From positions 44,268,001 to 44,332,000 of the forward strand of contig NW_027266330.1 in the NCBI RefSeq assembly GCF_022045235.1: 64,000 nucleotides of DNA, in the 5' to 3' direction. Below, in pieces: positions 40,836 to 52,869 of the stretch. A program made the position numbers and the translations under genes. The first letter of the stretch is position 1, and the number at the start of each line of letters is the position of its first letter. The notes below the pieces were generated by a model. It ran no database searches and had not been told where the DNA came from. It saw only the letters and a list, made by a program, of their open reading frames with translations. Source of the stretch: Haliotis cracherodii. Taxonomy: Eukaryota.

Positions 40836-41278
40836 TCCGACATTCCAGTCTCCGTCAAACGCTCTACCACTATACCACGAAGGCAGTCCGACATTCTGGT
40901 CTCTGTTAAACGCTCTACCACTATACCACGAAGGCAGTCCGACATTCCGGTCTCCGTCAAACGCTCTACCACTATACCACGAAGGCAGTCCGACATTCCG
41001 GTATCCGTCAAACGCTCTACCACTATACCACGAAGGCAGTCCGACATTCCGGTCTCCGTCAAACGCTCTACCACTATACCACGAAGGCAGTCCGACATTC
41101 TGGTCTCTGTTAAACGCTCTACCACTATACCACGAAGGAAGTCCGACATTCCGGTCTCCGTCATACGCTCTACCACTATACCACGAAGGCAGTCCGACAT
41201 TCCGGTCTCCGTCAAACGCTCTACCATTATACCACGAAGGAAGTCCGACATTCCGGTCTCCGTCAAACGCTCTACCAC
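40786..41278. repeat. 51-bp minisatellite (~9.7 units)
   Basis: Unit CCGACATTCCGGTCTCCGTCAAACGCTCTACCACTATACCACGAAGGCAGT. Confidence 0.97.
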
Positions 41279-41381
41279 ATTTCTGGTGTCATCCGACGTG
41301 ATATTGAATGAAATACAGCTAAAGCTTACACCATACTCACTCACTCATTATATACATTATGCCGAATCAGGGTTCGTCCCG

Positions 41382-41512
41382 ATTATGTTTCTAGGTTTGT
41401 CAACACCATACCCGTGCTCGTGGGTTTCACAGAAGCGGTAAACGCATTATTTCGGGCTTTCCTCCCACATTCAGCTGGCACGCCGCGATATAACTGGAAT
41501 AATGTTAAAATC
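41382..41512 (+). mobile_element. 5'-truncated SINE family A running into the gap
   Basis: Matches 32585-32724. Confidence 0.88.
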
Positions 41513-41682
41513 NNNNNNNNNNNNNNNNNNNNNNNNNNNNNNNNNNNNNNNNNNNNNNNNNNNNNNNNNNNNNNNNNNNNNNNNNNNNNNNNNNNNNNNN
41601 NNNNNNNNNNNNNNNNNNNNNNNNNNNNNNNNNNNNNNNNNNNNNNNNNNNNNNNNNNNNNNNNNNNNNNNNNNNNNNNNNN
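41513..41682. other. Assembly gap (170 N)
   Basis: Run of N. Confidence 1.
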
Positions 41683-42310
41683 TCCAGACAAAAGGCAGGT
41701 TCTACTGACTATTTTGGCTATTTCTAAACTTTCTGCATAAGCTCTATGGCTAAGTCGCTATTAATATGGGACTCGCCAGGGTTGCATGATATGCCCTAAT
41801 TTCTTCATAGCGTTAGAAGCTGTGAAGAAAGGTGTTTTTTTTATAGCTACTGACACCCCTTATCGTTATGCTCTGCTCCATGCTTATGACGCATGTATTG
41901 AGCCTGCAACAGTAATCATGTTAGCTTGAAAACAAACATTTGTAATATGACTGGGTAACATTTAAATCAGAAGTGGTGGACCACCAACACACGCATGCAG
42001 GTACAAGGTCAAGAACTGTGCGTCATTAAAAGCCGGCAAAACTAGCAATTGTATAAACCAGTATCAACATTACTTTTGGTTCTTCAATTACACTGACTTT
42101 CACAGGATTCCTGAAATTAATAAAAAATATAAACCCCTTATAGTCTATATGCACTTTCATAAATACTGGCTCGAAGTGAACTGAACACAAGAAGACTGAA
42201 GATCAACCATCAGAATGTTAACAAAGACAAAGAGACACTCTCGCGCTCTCCTCTATCAGGACCGACATTCAGCCCTGGACAGTCCTGTGACAAATAACCT
42301 ATAAGTTGAG

Positions 42311-44011
42311 GTTGTCATTTATCTATTTATTGTGGTTGTTCTGTGAAACAGACTGACAAATATTCATGTTCTTCGAGTTGTCATCTATTTATTTATTGTG
42401 GTTGTTCTGTGAAACAGGCTGACAAATATTCATGTTCTTCAAGTTGTCATCTATCTATTTATTGTGGTTTTTCTGTGAAACAGACTGACAAATATTCATG
42501 TTCTTCAAGTTTTCATCTATTTATTTATTGTGGTTGTTCTGTGAAACAGGCTGACAAATATTCATGTTCTTCAAGTTGTCATCTATCTATTTATTGTGGT
42601 TGTTCTGTGCAACTGGCTGACAAATATTCATGTTCTTCAAGTTTTCATCTATCTATTTATTGTGGTTGTTCTGTGCAACTGACTGACAAATATTCATGTT
42701 CTTCAAGTTGTCATCTATCTATTTATTGTGGTTGTTCTGTAATACAGGCTGACAAATATTCATGTTCTTCAAGTTGTCATCTATCTATTTATTGTGGTTG
42801 TTCTGTGATACAGGCTGACAAATATTCATGTTCTTCAAGTTTTCATCTATCTATTTATTGTGGTTGTTCTGTAATACAGGCTGACAAATATTCATGTTCT
42901 TCAAGTTTTCATCTATCTATTTATTGTGGTTGTTCTGTAATACAGGCTGACAAATATTCATGTTCTTCGAGTTGTCATCTATCTATTTATTGTGGTTGTT
43001 CTGTGAAACAGGCTGACAAATATTCATGTTCCTCAAGTTTTCATCTATTTATTTATTGTGGTTGTTCTGTGAAAAAGGCTGACAAATATTCATGTTCTTC
43101 AAGTTGTCATCTATCTATATATTGTGGTTGTTCTGTGAAACAGACTGACAAATATTCATGTTCTTCAAGTTTTCATCTATCTATTTATTGTGGTTGTTCT
43201 GTGAAACAGACTGACAAATATTCATGTTCTTCAAGTTGTCATCTATCTATTTATTGTGGTTGTTCTGTGAAACAGACTGACAAATATTCATGTTCTTCAA
43301 GTTTTCATCTATCTATTTATTGTGGTTGTTCTGTGAAACAGACTGACAAATATTCATGTTCTTCAAGTTGACATCTATCTATTTATTGTGGTTGTTCTGT
43401 AATACAGGCTGACAAATATTCATGTTCTTCAAGTTGTCATCTATCTATTTATTGTGGTTGTTCTGTGAAACAGACTGACAAATATTCATGTTCTTCAAGT
43501 TTTCATCTATCTATTTATTGTGGTTGTTCTGTGAAACAGACTGACAAATATTCATGTTCTTCAAGTTGACATCTATCTATTTATTGTGGTTGTTCTGTAA
43601 TACAGGCTGACAAATATTCATGTTCTTCAAGTTGTCATTTATCTATTTATTGTGGTTGTTCTGTGAAACAGACTGACAAATATTCATGTTCTTTAAGTTT
43701 TCATCTATCTATTTATTGTGGTTGTTCTGTGAAACAGGCTGACAAATATTCATGTTCTTCAAGTTTTCATCTATCTATTCAATCTGGTTGTTCTGTGAAA
43801 CAGACTGACAAATATTCATGTTCTTCAAGTTGTCATCTATCTATTTATTGTGGCTGTTCTGTGAAACAGGCTGACAAATATTCATGTTCTTCAAGTTTTC
43901 ATCTATCTATATATTTTGTGGTTGTTCTGTGAAACAGGCTGACAAATCTTCACGTTCTTCAAGTTGTAATCTATCTATATATTGTGGTTGTTCTGTGAAA
44001 CAGGCTGACAT
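42311..44011. repeat. 66-bp minisatellite (~26 units)
   Basis: Unit GAAACAGRCTGACAAATATTCATGTTCTTCAAGTTKTCATCTATCTATTTATTGTGGTTGTTCTGT. Confidence 0.98.
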
Positions 44012-45192
44012 ATAAGCTCTATTTTGATGTTGCCAGTGAGTATAACGCTCTCTGTTGTCACGTATCTGGGCCTGCGGGCCAATATACCCAGATGTCAACA
44101 ATATGCTTTATCTGATGCATTTTGTAAATATCATTTATATCTTTTTAATTATTCTGATTAAATTTCGAAATGACACAGTTTCCTATTCCTGTCAAGCTAC
44201 AGTATCTAACATATAAATCATTAGTGCTTTGAAGACAGCATACATAAACTCGGCCATTCCTTGGATTTCTACAATGTCTACGCCAAGTGAACAACTTGTC
44301 GGACTAAATTCAATTTCCTTAACGTTCAATAGTTTCTTATATGGTGGTGAAACAGCAAGGGATGTCTTTTGCTGGAAGATAATAGGCCTGCTGATGACGC
44401 TTACACAAGGCTCAGATCGAACACGCCCCGTCCTTCATCGATCTCGGCCTCAGGTAGAATACAACCAATACCTACATCGATCTCCTAGGTAGGTTATATA
44501 TTATTTCATGGCCATGTTCATCTGTTAAGTAGAGATTCATATAAAGAAGCCACCAAACCATTAATAACAGCGTAATCACTCCAATTGATGGACTTTAATC
44601 AATGCTTGGTCGTCATGGTTTTATTGTTAGGCGTAAAGCCATTAATACTTGAGATGTCATTACCATCGCTTATTGCAAGCCACGGAAACGGGGGCCTTGT
44701 CACAGTGAATAAGTGTAAATTACAGAGGGACGTTGTCTCTGAAAGTTTCATGTTCTTAGAAATACAACGCAATGTATTATAGTGATGGCAACTATGCCAC
44801 CGTTATCATGACATGATTACTATGTGGACATTTCCGCATACTAAAAAGAAACGCGTAAAAATAGTCCCTTTCAGCGTCAAATTACCTTCCACTTTTTACG
44901 ATGTCCATTGAATGAATGCTACTTTTTCATTTTGTAGAAGAAAATATGACTACTCGTGCATAGGATTTTCAGCACATGTTTAAATACTCATAGATGTCGC
45001 CATGATTAGCAGCAAACGAAATGAGATTGAGCTATTGTTCGCGGGAGTGGCAGTTTATGTGTGCACCTGTGACCACACAACATATGTGGGTTTTTGATTG
45101 GGACCAGGAATAACTAAGCGCTGATCCCTCACTGACAGAATCACAAATCCGGCTGATGACACTCACGGTAAAGACGTCATAAAATAGCCTAC

Positions 45193-45856
45193 CTGTATTT
45201 GAATCTGTATCCGTTTCAGCAGGCTGTGCACGCCATCAAACTCTCAATCTCATTCAAAAGTGCCTCCTCCTCACCGGGACTTAGAAGGTTCACGTGAGTT
45301 ACCGAGTCACAATCCACCCAAAATTACATTCCAAGATACTTTGACAAAACTTCTCCCATTCTTTGTCAAAGACACCAAGTTTTGTTAATTAAGGTGCACG
45401 GTCCTTAAGTTGTGACAGTCACAGCTTTATCCCAGCGTCTACAACCGCACTAACCAATTCTTACAGAAGGGTAGAGTCGATTCTGCGATGAAGAGATTGG
45501 CCTGGTACCATGTCTGCCACTTCCTCAGTGATTAATAGCCCGATATTTGGACGCCCTCATCACACAACGCCTTCCAACACGGCAGACTCGTACCACTCCG
45601 GCCGAGCATCATCGTCCGTCTCCGTGGCCCCCCAGCTCAATTAGTGCGGAATTCGGAAGAACGAAAGCGTAATGAGCAGGCCTCGGAACTGGTGGGTCGA
45701 TCAATAGGCACAAGGCGCTCTTCCCGCCATGTCTGCTGCATCGACCCAATCAGCATCAACATCTTCATTTTCACTACTTCCTTTGCATGTCGCCTGTGTC
45801 TCAGTCTGGTCACGGGTCAGTAAATCGTCACCTTCATCGTCGCAACAGAACGCCAT
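45193..45856 (-). pseudogene. Candidate first coding exon, disrupted (MAFCCDDEGDDLLTRDQTETQ...)
   Basis: GC/CpG-rich, good Kozak context, acidic N-terminus, donor CAG/gtaggc, several stops and frameshifts. Confidence 0.4.
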
Positions 45857-46446
45857 GATTGCCGTCTTTGCGAGTGCTCTAGGCTAGGTTGATGACATCT
45901 ACACCAGTTACATGTACAAGTAACTACAATACTTAAACAAGCTGCTCATTAACACTTGTAAATGTTGAAAAGGGTGGCTGGTTAAGGTTGTGATAGTACT
46001 TATACATTTGAACCTGTTTGGAAGTTAACCACAATTTGGTATCCGCTAAAGATGTTAAAAAAAAGTTCGCTTGCATCGGATGCATTGTCGTCAAAATACT
46101 AACGAGAGATGTAAGTGAACGGGGGATACTATGCGTCCTCGGATTTCTCATATATGTATTGCTTTAGGATGGCGATGTTGTGTAACAGAAAATCGGCCAT
46201 TACTCCATGCAGTGTTATCTGTAGCAATACCAACTAAAACGACCCACTGCCCACCAAGGATATGTGATAGGAATGACATATATCTGTTTATATCCATGTA
46301 CAATTGACCGTACTTTTAACATTTGGCTATAAAGCAATTTCTATAGTGATGTGAGTGAACACACGCCAATATATAGTTTATCACTTCCCTGTCCACACTG
46401 TGTTGGCCTTGATGAATGTGCTTTAAGTGTGTCCAGTGAAACTATA

Positions 46447-46816
46447 TACCAGGTGCACTCGGTGTAGGTCGTGATGACTCTGTACCAGGTGCACTCTGTG
46501 TAGGCCGTGGTGACTCTGTACCAGGTGCCCTCTGTGTAGGCCTTGGAGACTCTGTACCAGGTGCACTCTGTGTAGGCCGTGGTGACTCTGTACCAGGTGC
46601 ACTCTTTGTAGGTCGTGATGACTCTGTACCAGGTGCACTCTGTGTAGGCAGTGATGCCTCTGTACCAGGTGCACTCTCTGTAGGCAGTGATGCCTCTGTA
46701 CCAGGTCCACTTTGTGTAGGTCGTGATGACTCTGTACCAGGTGCACTCTGTGTTGGCAGTGATGACTGTACCAGGTGCACTCTGTGTAGGGAGTGATGAC
46801 TCTGTACCAGGTGCAC
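46447..46816 (+). repeat. 36-bp minisatellite, block 1 (~10 units)
   Basis: ACCAGGTGCACTCTGTGTAGGTCGTGATGACTCTGT. Confidence 0.96.
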
Positions 46817-46921
46817 CCTGCGTTATATATCTTAAGGTTATATTGCATGTCCTGACCACATGAGTGTCAGCTGAAAAGAGGTCATCACTGATTATATATA
46901 ACAACTGTCTGGATATATACA

Positions 46922-47094
46922 GGGGCGGTCGGGTAGCCTAGTGGTTAAAGCATTCGATCGTCACGCCGAAGACCCGGGTCCGATTCCCGACATGGGTACA
47001 ATGTGTAAAGCCCATTTCTGGTGTCCCCAGCAGTGATAATGCTGGAATATTGCTAAAAGCGGCGTAAAACCATACTCACTCACTCACTCACTCA
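46922..47094 (+). mobile_element. tRNA-derived SINE family B
   Basis: A and B boxes, (CTCA)n tail, imperfect TSD ctggatatatac / ctggttataaac. Confidence 0.92.
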
Positions 47095-47729
47095 CTGGTT
47101 ATAAACCCGAAGGAAGATATGCCATAAAAGTAACGGGTAACACCTGCGTTCTGAGATTTCCAACGGGAGACGGTTTACCTGTCCCGAGCGATTAGAAAAA
47201 AATCTGCAATGACAAAAAGTATTTGGGACTTGAGGGAGGGGTGTAACTAGTAACAACCTGAATGCCGGAGTAACAACAAGTTTTCCAACCCCGGTAGCTG
47301 CAGCATCAGACACGCTTTTCCCATCACGAAATCCCGGTGATTTATTATACAACAAATGAATCTGTGTAAATAAAACGTCTAGAGCGTGGTTATTGTTCGG
47401 TATTGAATCACATTTTCATTACTTGAGACTGTATGAGGAAATGACTGCATCTCTAACAGCAACTCTCCCTCTGTGAAATGTCTCTCGGAAGCCAATATCA
47501 GGACAGAATGTTGCTCTGTGCCTAGTAATAACCACATTATCATACTCAACCAAATATATTTGTAAAATCAGAAAAAAAACAATGAGACTTATTGATTTAA
47601 AAAAAAATAATACGAGTTTAGAGATCGGTGATGGAATTATAGTTTCTTTTCTCGCAATATGTCACATCACATAACACCTCATATCATAACACCTCTTACC
47701 ATCACAACTCACATCATAACACCTCACAA

Positions 47730-48149
47730 GTACCAGGTACAGAGTCAGCATGGCCTAGTGTCACCACGACCTACACACAGTGTACCTGGTACAGAGTCAT
47801 CACGACCTACACAAAGTGCACCTGGTACAGAGGCATCACTGTCTACACAGAGTGCACCTGGTACAGAGTAATCACGACCTACACAGAGTGCACCTGGTAC
47901 AGAGGCATCACTGCCTACACAGAGTGCACCTGGTAAAGAGTCATCACGACCTACACAGAGTGCACCTGGTACAGAGGCATCACTGCCTACACAGAGTGCA
48001 CCTGGTAAAGAGTCATCACGACCTACACAGAGTGCACCTGGTACAGAGGCATCACTGCCTACACAGAGTGCACCTGGTACAGAGTCATCACGACCTACAC
48101 AGAGTGCACCTGGTACAGAGGCATCACTGCCTACACAGAGTGCACCTGG
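47730..48149 (-). repeat. 36-bp minisatellite, block 2 (inverted relative to block 1)
   Basis: ACAGAGTCATCACGACCTACACAGAGTGCACCTGGT. Confidence 0.96.
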
Positions 48150-50362
48150 ATGGTGTGAGGGGTGATGATGTGAGGTATGATGGTGTGAGGTGTGATGATG
48201 TGAGGTGTGATGATGTCAGGTCTGATGATGTGAAATGTTATGATGTTTGGTGTGATGATGTGAGATGTGATGATGTGAGGTATGATGATGTGAGATATAA
48301 TGATGTGAGGTATGATTATGTGAGGTGTGATGATGTGAGATGTGATGATGTGAGATGTGATGATGTGAGGTATGATGATGTGAGGTATGGTGAAGTGAGA
48401 TATGATTATGTGAGATGTTATGATGTGAGGTGTGATGATGTGAGGTGTGATGAAGTGAGGTATGATGATGTGAGATATAATGATGTGAGGTATGGTTATG
48501 TGAGGTCTGATGATGTGAAATGTTATGATGTTTGGTGTGATGATGTGAGATGTGATGATGTGAGGTATGATGATGTGAGATATAATGATGTGAGGTATGA
48601 TTATGTGAGGTGTGATGATGTGAGATGTGATGATGTGAGATGTGATGATGTGAGGTATGATGATGTGAGGTATGGTGAAGTGAGATATGATTATGTGAGA
48701 TGTTATGATGTGAGGTGTGATGATGTGAGGTGTGATGAAGTGAGGTGTGATGATGTGAGATATAATGATGTGAGGTATGATTATGTGAGGTGTGATGATG
48801 TGAGATGTGATGATGTGAGATGTGATGATGTGAGGTATGATGATGTGAGGTATGGTGAAGTGAGATATGATTATGTGAGATGTTATGATGTGAGGTGTGA
48901 TGATGTGAGGTGTGATGATGTGAGATGTTATGATGTGAGGTGTGATGATGTGAGGTGTGATGATGTGAGATATGATGATGTGAGGTATGATGATGTGAGG
49001 TGTAATGATGTGAGATGTGATGTCGTGAGATGTGATGATGTGAGGTATGGTGATGTGAGGTGTGATGATGTGAGATATGATGATGTGAGGTATGATTATG
49101 TGAGGTGTAATGATGTGAGATGTGATGTCGTGAGGTATGATGATGTTAGGTATGATGATGTGAGGTATGGTGAAGTGAGATATGATTATGTGAGATGTGA
49201 TGATGTGAGATGTTATGATGTGAGGTATGATGATGTGAGGTGTGATGATGTGAGGTATGATGATTTGAGATGTGATGATGTGAGATGTGATGATGTGAGA
49301 TGTGATGATGTGAGGTGTGATGATGTGAGGTGTGATGATGTGAGGTGTGATGATGTGAGGTATGATGATGTGAGGTATGATGATGTGAGGTGTGATGATG
49401 TGAAACGTTATGATGTGAGGTGTTATGATGTGAGGTGTGATGATGTGAAAAGTTTTGATGTGAGGTATGATCATTTGAGGTGTGATGATGTGAGGTATGA
49501 TGATGTGAGGTATGATGATGTGAGGGTTGATGATGTGAGGTATGATGATGTGAGGTGTGATGATGTGAGGTGTGATGATGTGAGGTGTGATAATTTGAGG
49601 TGTGATCATTTGAGGTGTCATGATGTGAAATGTTTTGATGTGAGGTATGATCATTTGAGGTGTGATGATGTGAGGCATGATGATGTGAGGTATGATGATG
49701 TGAGGGTTGATTATGTGAGGTATGATGATGTGAGGTGTGATGATGTGAGGTGTGATGATGTGAGGTGTGATAATGTGAGGTGTGATCATTTGAGGTGTCA
49801 TGATGTGAGGTATGATGATGTGAGGGTTGATGATGTGAGGGTTGATGATGTGAGGTATGATGATGTGAGGTGTGATGATGTGAGGTGTGATCATTTGAGG
49901 TGTCATGATGTGAGGTATGATGATGTGAGGTATGATGATGTGAGGTGTGAGGATGTGAGGTGTGATGATGTGAAACGTTATGATGTGAGGTATGATGATG
50001 TGAGGTGTGATGATGTGAGATGTGATGATGTGAAATGTTATGATATGAGGTCTGATGATGTGAGGTGTGATCATGTGAGATGTGATGATGTGAGGTTTGC
50101 TGATATGAGATGTGATGATATGAGGTATGATGATGTGAGGTGTGATGATGTGAGATGTGATAATGTGAGGTTATGTGATGTGAGGTGTGATTATGTGAGG
50201 TATGATGGTGTGAGGTAAGATGATGTAAGGTGTGATATCAGGTGTTATGATGTGAGGTGTGATGATGTGAGGTATAATGATCTGAGCTGTGTTGATGTGA
50301 GATGTTTCGATGTAAGGTTTAATGATGATGTGAGGTGTGATGATGTGAAACGTTATGAGGTG
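48149..50362. repeat. 15-bp minisatellite, main block (~147 units)
   Basis: GATGATGTGAGGTRT. Confidence 0.98.
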
Positions 50363-50808
50363 TAACTTCACCGTCAGGTATATATAGATGTCGTTCAATA
50401 ATCATCAAAAAGCCAATTCCCTTCCACTGATTTACCCACCTGAACTAGAAACAAAAGAGACCTGTGAGACCGCTTCATCTGTTTAATATTCAGATCTATG
50501 TATAAAGATTCAGAGTGACAAGACACTCTCCACAAGACTGTTGTACAAGAGGAATGACTCAACTTTCCCTTCACGCCTTTAATATTCCTGCAGATCCAGC
50601 CCTTGCTGTCTACATTTCACAACTTCTGGGGTACAACCGAGCAGGCTCTTTCTACCAGGATTTCAAAGAGCGTCATACCGACTCTTGTTCATAAGTTTTT
50701 ACGCTTCAACATTCAAGGTCTCAGTAAAGCTTTCAAAAAGTTTTATGGTAGACATGTGGACGACATTTCCTTAATTGACTCACCAATGACAAAAATGATG
50801 TCCGATTG
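50363..50808 (+). mobile_element. Penelope-like element reverse transcriptase C-terminal remnant
   Basis: Frameshifted NFTVRY.ID, IYPPELETKET, LSTRLLYKRND (cf. LYDKRDDFNF), NIPADPA/VYISQL, AFKKFYGRH. Confidence 0.8.
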
Positions 50809-51136
50809 AATTCCCTGTTTTGACTTGTGCCATATGTTTCCGTGTTTGTCAGGTGAACAATTGACTTGTCTTTGCATGTGTTTGTGACGGGTAGGCTCAC
50901 CGATCATGACCTTTTGAAAGAGATTCTTAAACACATGCTCATGATATAGCCGGAATCGTACAATCGACTCTCCTTTTGGCAGAGAATTCTTATAAAAGTT
51001 TTGTCGCTTTTATTTACGGACATTACACATGGAAAATTATGGGCATCACCAATACGCATTTCTTGTGTGGGCCAAGTAATGGGCATCGGGTGGACTGGTT
51101 GTGTGGCAATGTGCCAGGGGGCTGCATGGCGAGAGG

Positions 51137-51215
51137 GGTGGGGTGTATGTGTGGGTGTGAGTGTGGGTGTGGGTGTGGGTGTGGGCGTGGGTGTGGGTGT
51201 GGGTGTGGATGTGGG
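51137..51215. repeat. (GGGTGT)n microsatellite
   Basis: Direct reading. Confidence 0.9.
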
Positions 51216-51304
51216 GTCGAGGCGAAGTATTTGTGTGTTTTGGGGAACCTTACAGATTAGTAAATGTGGACAACAACGTTTCGGTGTTATCCCAGTGAAA
51301 TAGT

Positions 51305-51700
51305 AGATCCAGCAAACATAGAAGAGTTTTTCACAGCTGCTGATGGATCCAGCAAACATAGAAGAGTTTTTCACAGCTGCTGATGGATCCAGCAAACATA
51401 GAAGAGTTGTTCACAGCTGCTGATGGATCCAGCAAACATAGAAGAGTTGTTCACAGCTGCTGATGGATCCAGCAAACATAGGAGAGTTGTTCACAGCTGC
51501 TGATGGATCTAGCAAACATAGAAGAGTTGTTCACACCTGCTGATGGATCCAGCAAACATAGAAGAGTTGTTCACACCTGCTGATGGATCCAGCAAACATA
51601 GAAGAGTTGTTCACACCTGCTGATGGATCCAGCAAACATAGAAGAGTTGTTCACACCTGCTGATGGATCCAGCAAACTTAGAGGGTTGTATTGACAGCTA
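51305..51700. repeat. 40-bp minisatellite (~9.5 units)
   Basis: GATGGATCCAGCAAACATAGAAGAGTTGTTCACASCTGCT. Confidence 0.97.
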
Positions 51701-52279
51701 CTCACGGATCCAAGAAACACGGGGGAATGTATTGGCAGTTACTGACGGATCCAATATACCTTGTTTTGGCAGCTACTTATGCAGGGTGCAACAGTCAACG
51801 AAGGTTCAATTTACTGGTAGCAGATACCTCACAGGTAAAGTTGTACGTGTACCAGTGAAACGTACCGAGCAGACACTCCGGAAACACGTGCAATGTTTCA
51901 GGGAGATGAACAGGTTTTCCGTGGTACAAGGAAACACTGTCAAACAGGTTTGTGAATACATACATAGTCAGAGATGAAGTTCAGTGATATTCTGGTACCT
52001 ACAGATTCTCTAAATGTAGGAGATTCAAACTGGGGAAAACATTCTTAAAGTATGCACACACAAAACATAGTGTGTAATTTGATTATTAACAAAAAATAGT
52101 ACCAGATATATGTCCCATTACTGCTTTCCTATTCTAAACATCACACGTCTGAGGGGAGAGATTAACTTTAATCTATGAAACAAAAAACTGAAACGTAAAT
52201 ACATTTTGAAAGAGGCTTATAGTTTCTGAGACTTCTCAGACAATAACATCAGCCACTGCAACTTACAGTTTCTGAGAGT

Positions 52280-52326
52280 GGCGGTCGTGTAGCCTAGTGG
52301 TTAAAGCGGTCGCTCGTCACGCCGAA
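52280..52326 (+). mobile_element. Isolated 5' head of SINE family B
   Basis: ggcggtcgtgtagcctagtggttaaagcggtcgctcgtcacgccgaa matches 46924-46969. Confidence 0.85.
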
Positions 52327-52869
52327 TGATTTGAGGGGTGATTATGTGAGGGATGATGATGTGAGGGTTGATGATGTGAGGTGTTATGATGTGAGGTGTG
52401 ATGATGTGAGGGGTGATGATGTGAGATGTGATATCTGAGGTATAATGATTTGAGATGTGATGATGTGAGGTATGATGATGTGAGGTGTGATGATGTGAGG
52501 TATGATGATGTGAGGTGTGATGATGTGAGGTATGATGATGTGAGGTGTGATGATGTGAGGTATGATGATGTGAGGTGTGATGATGTGAGGTATTAAGATG
52601 TGAGATGTGATGATGTGAGGTATGATGATGTGAGGTGTGATGATGTGAAATGTTATGATGTGAGGTATGATGATGTGAGGTGTGAGGATGTGAGGTGTGA
52701 TGATGTGAAATGTTATAATGTGAGGTATGATGATGTGAGGTGTGAGGATGTGAGGTGTAATGATGTGAAATGTTATGATGTGAGGTTTGATGATGTGAGT
52801 TATGATGATGTGAAATTTTATGATGTGAGGCACGGTGATGTGAGGTGTGATGATGTGAAATGTTATGAG
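52327..52869. repeat. 15-bp minisatellite, second block
   Basis: Same unit and variants as 48149-50362. Confidence 0.97.

Larger units (their letters stand above)
113..45856 (-). pseudogene. Putative large decayed multi-exon gene of unknown family, probably continuing beyond the left edge
   Basis: Many minus-strand blocks of unique DNA are bounded by AG/GT and translate to protein-like sequence with scattered stops and frameshifts. Short canonical introns link neighbours (270-334, 12817-12904, 40321-40388). Candidate start AATCATGG with ATG at 45856. No family recognised, and linking all blocks into one gene is inference. Confidence 0.45.

Noticed and set aside
1125-41441. Other repetitive ORFs (1.1-4.6, 10.6-11.8, 23.9-26.2, 27.4-30.0, 38.0-39.1, 40.7-41.4 kb)
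   Set aside because: These are overlapping multi-frame ORFs generated by tandem repeats.
41383-41740. ORFs spanning the N run
   Set aside because: Artefacts of the assembly gap.
42343-43371. 342-aa Cys/Ser-rich ORF
   Set aside because: It is the translation of the 66-bp repeat, with a GTG start and stop-containing variant units in the same array.
113-45856. Stop-codon readthrough or an alternative genetic code rescuing the exon-like blocks
   Set aside because: All three stop types and frameshifts occur, which fits neutral decay better.
47780-50218. 812-aa ORF with DDVRC/DDVRY repeats resembling an acidic shell-matrix protein
   Set aside because: It lies entirely within 36-bp and 15-bp satellites whose lengths are multiples of 3. 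It starts at GTG, has no signal peptide, and the opposite strand is also open (647 aa). Only transcript or peptide data could rescue it.
51137-51215. Telomere-like G-rich repeat
   Set aside because: The unit is GGGTGT rather than TTAGGG, so it is an ordinary microsatellite.
19645-52326. tRNA genes at the A/B-box sites (19.8, 32.5, 46.9, 52.3 kb)
   Set aside because: They continue into SINE bodies and tails with TSDs or are truncated, and show no complete cloverleaf or oligo-T terminator.
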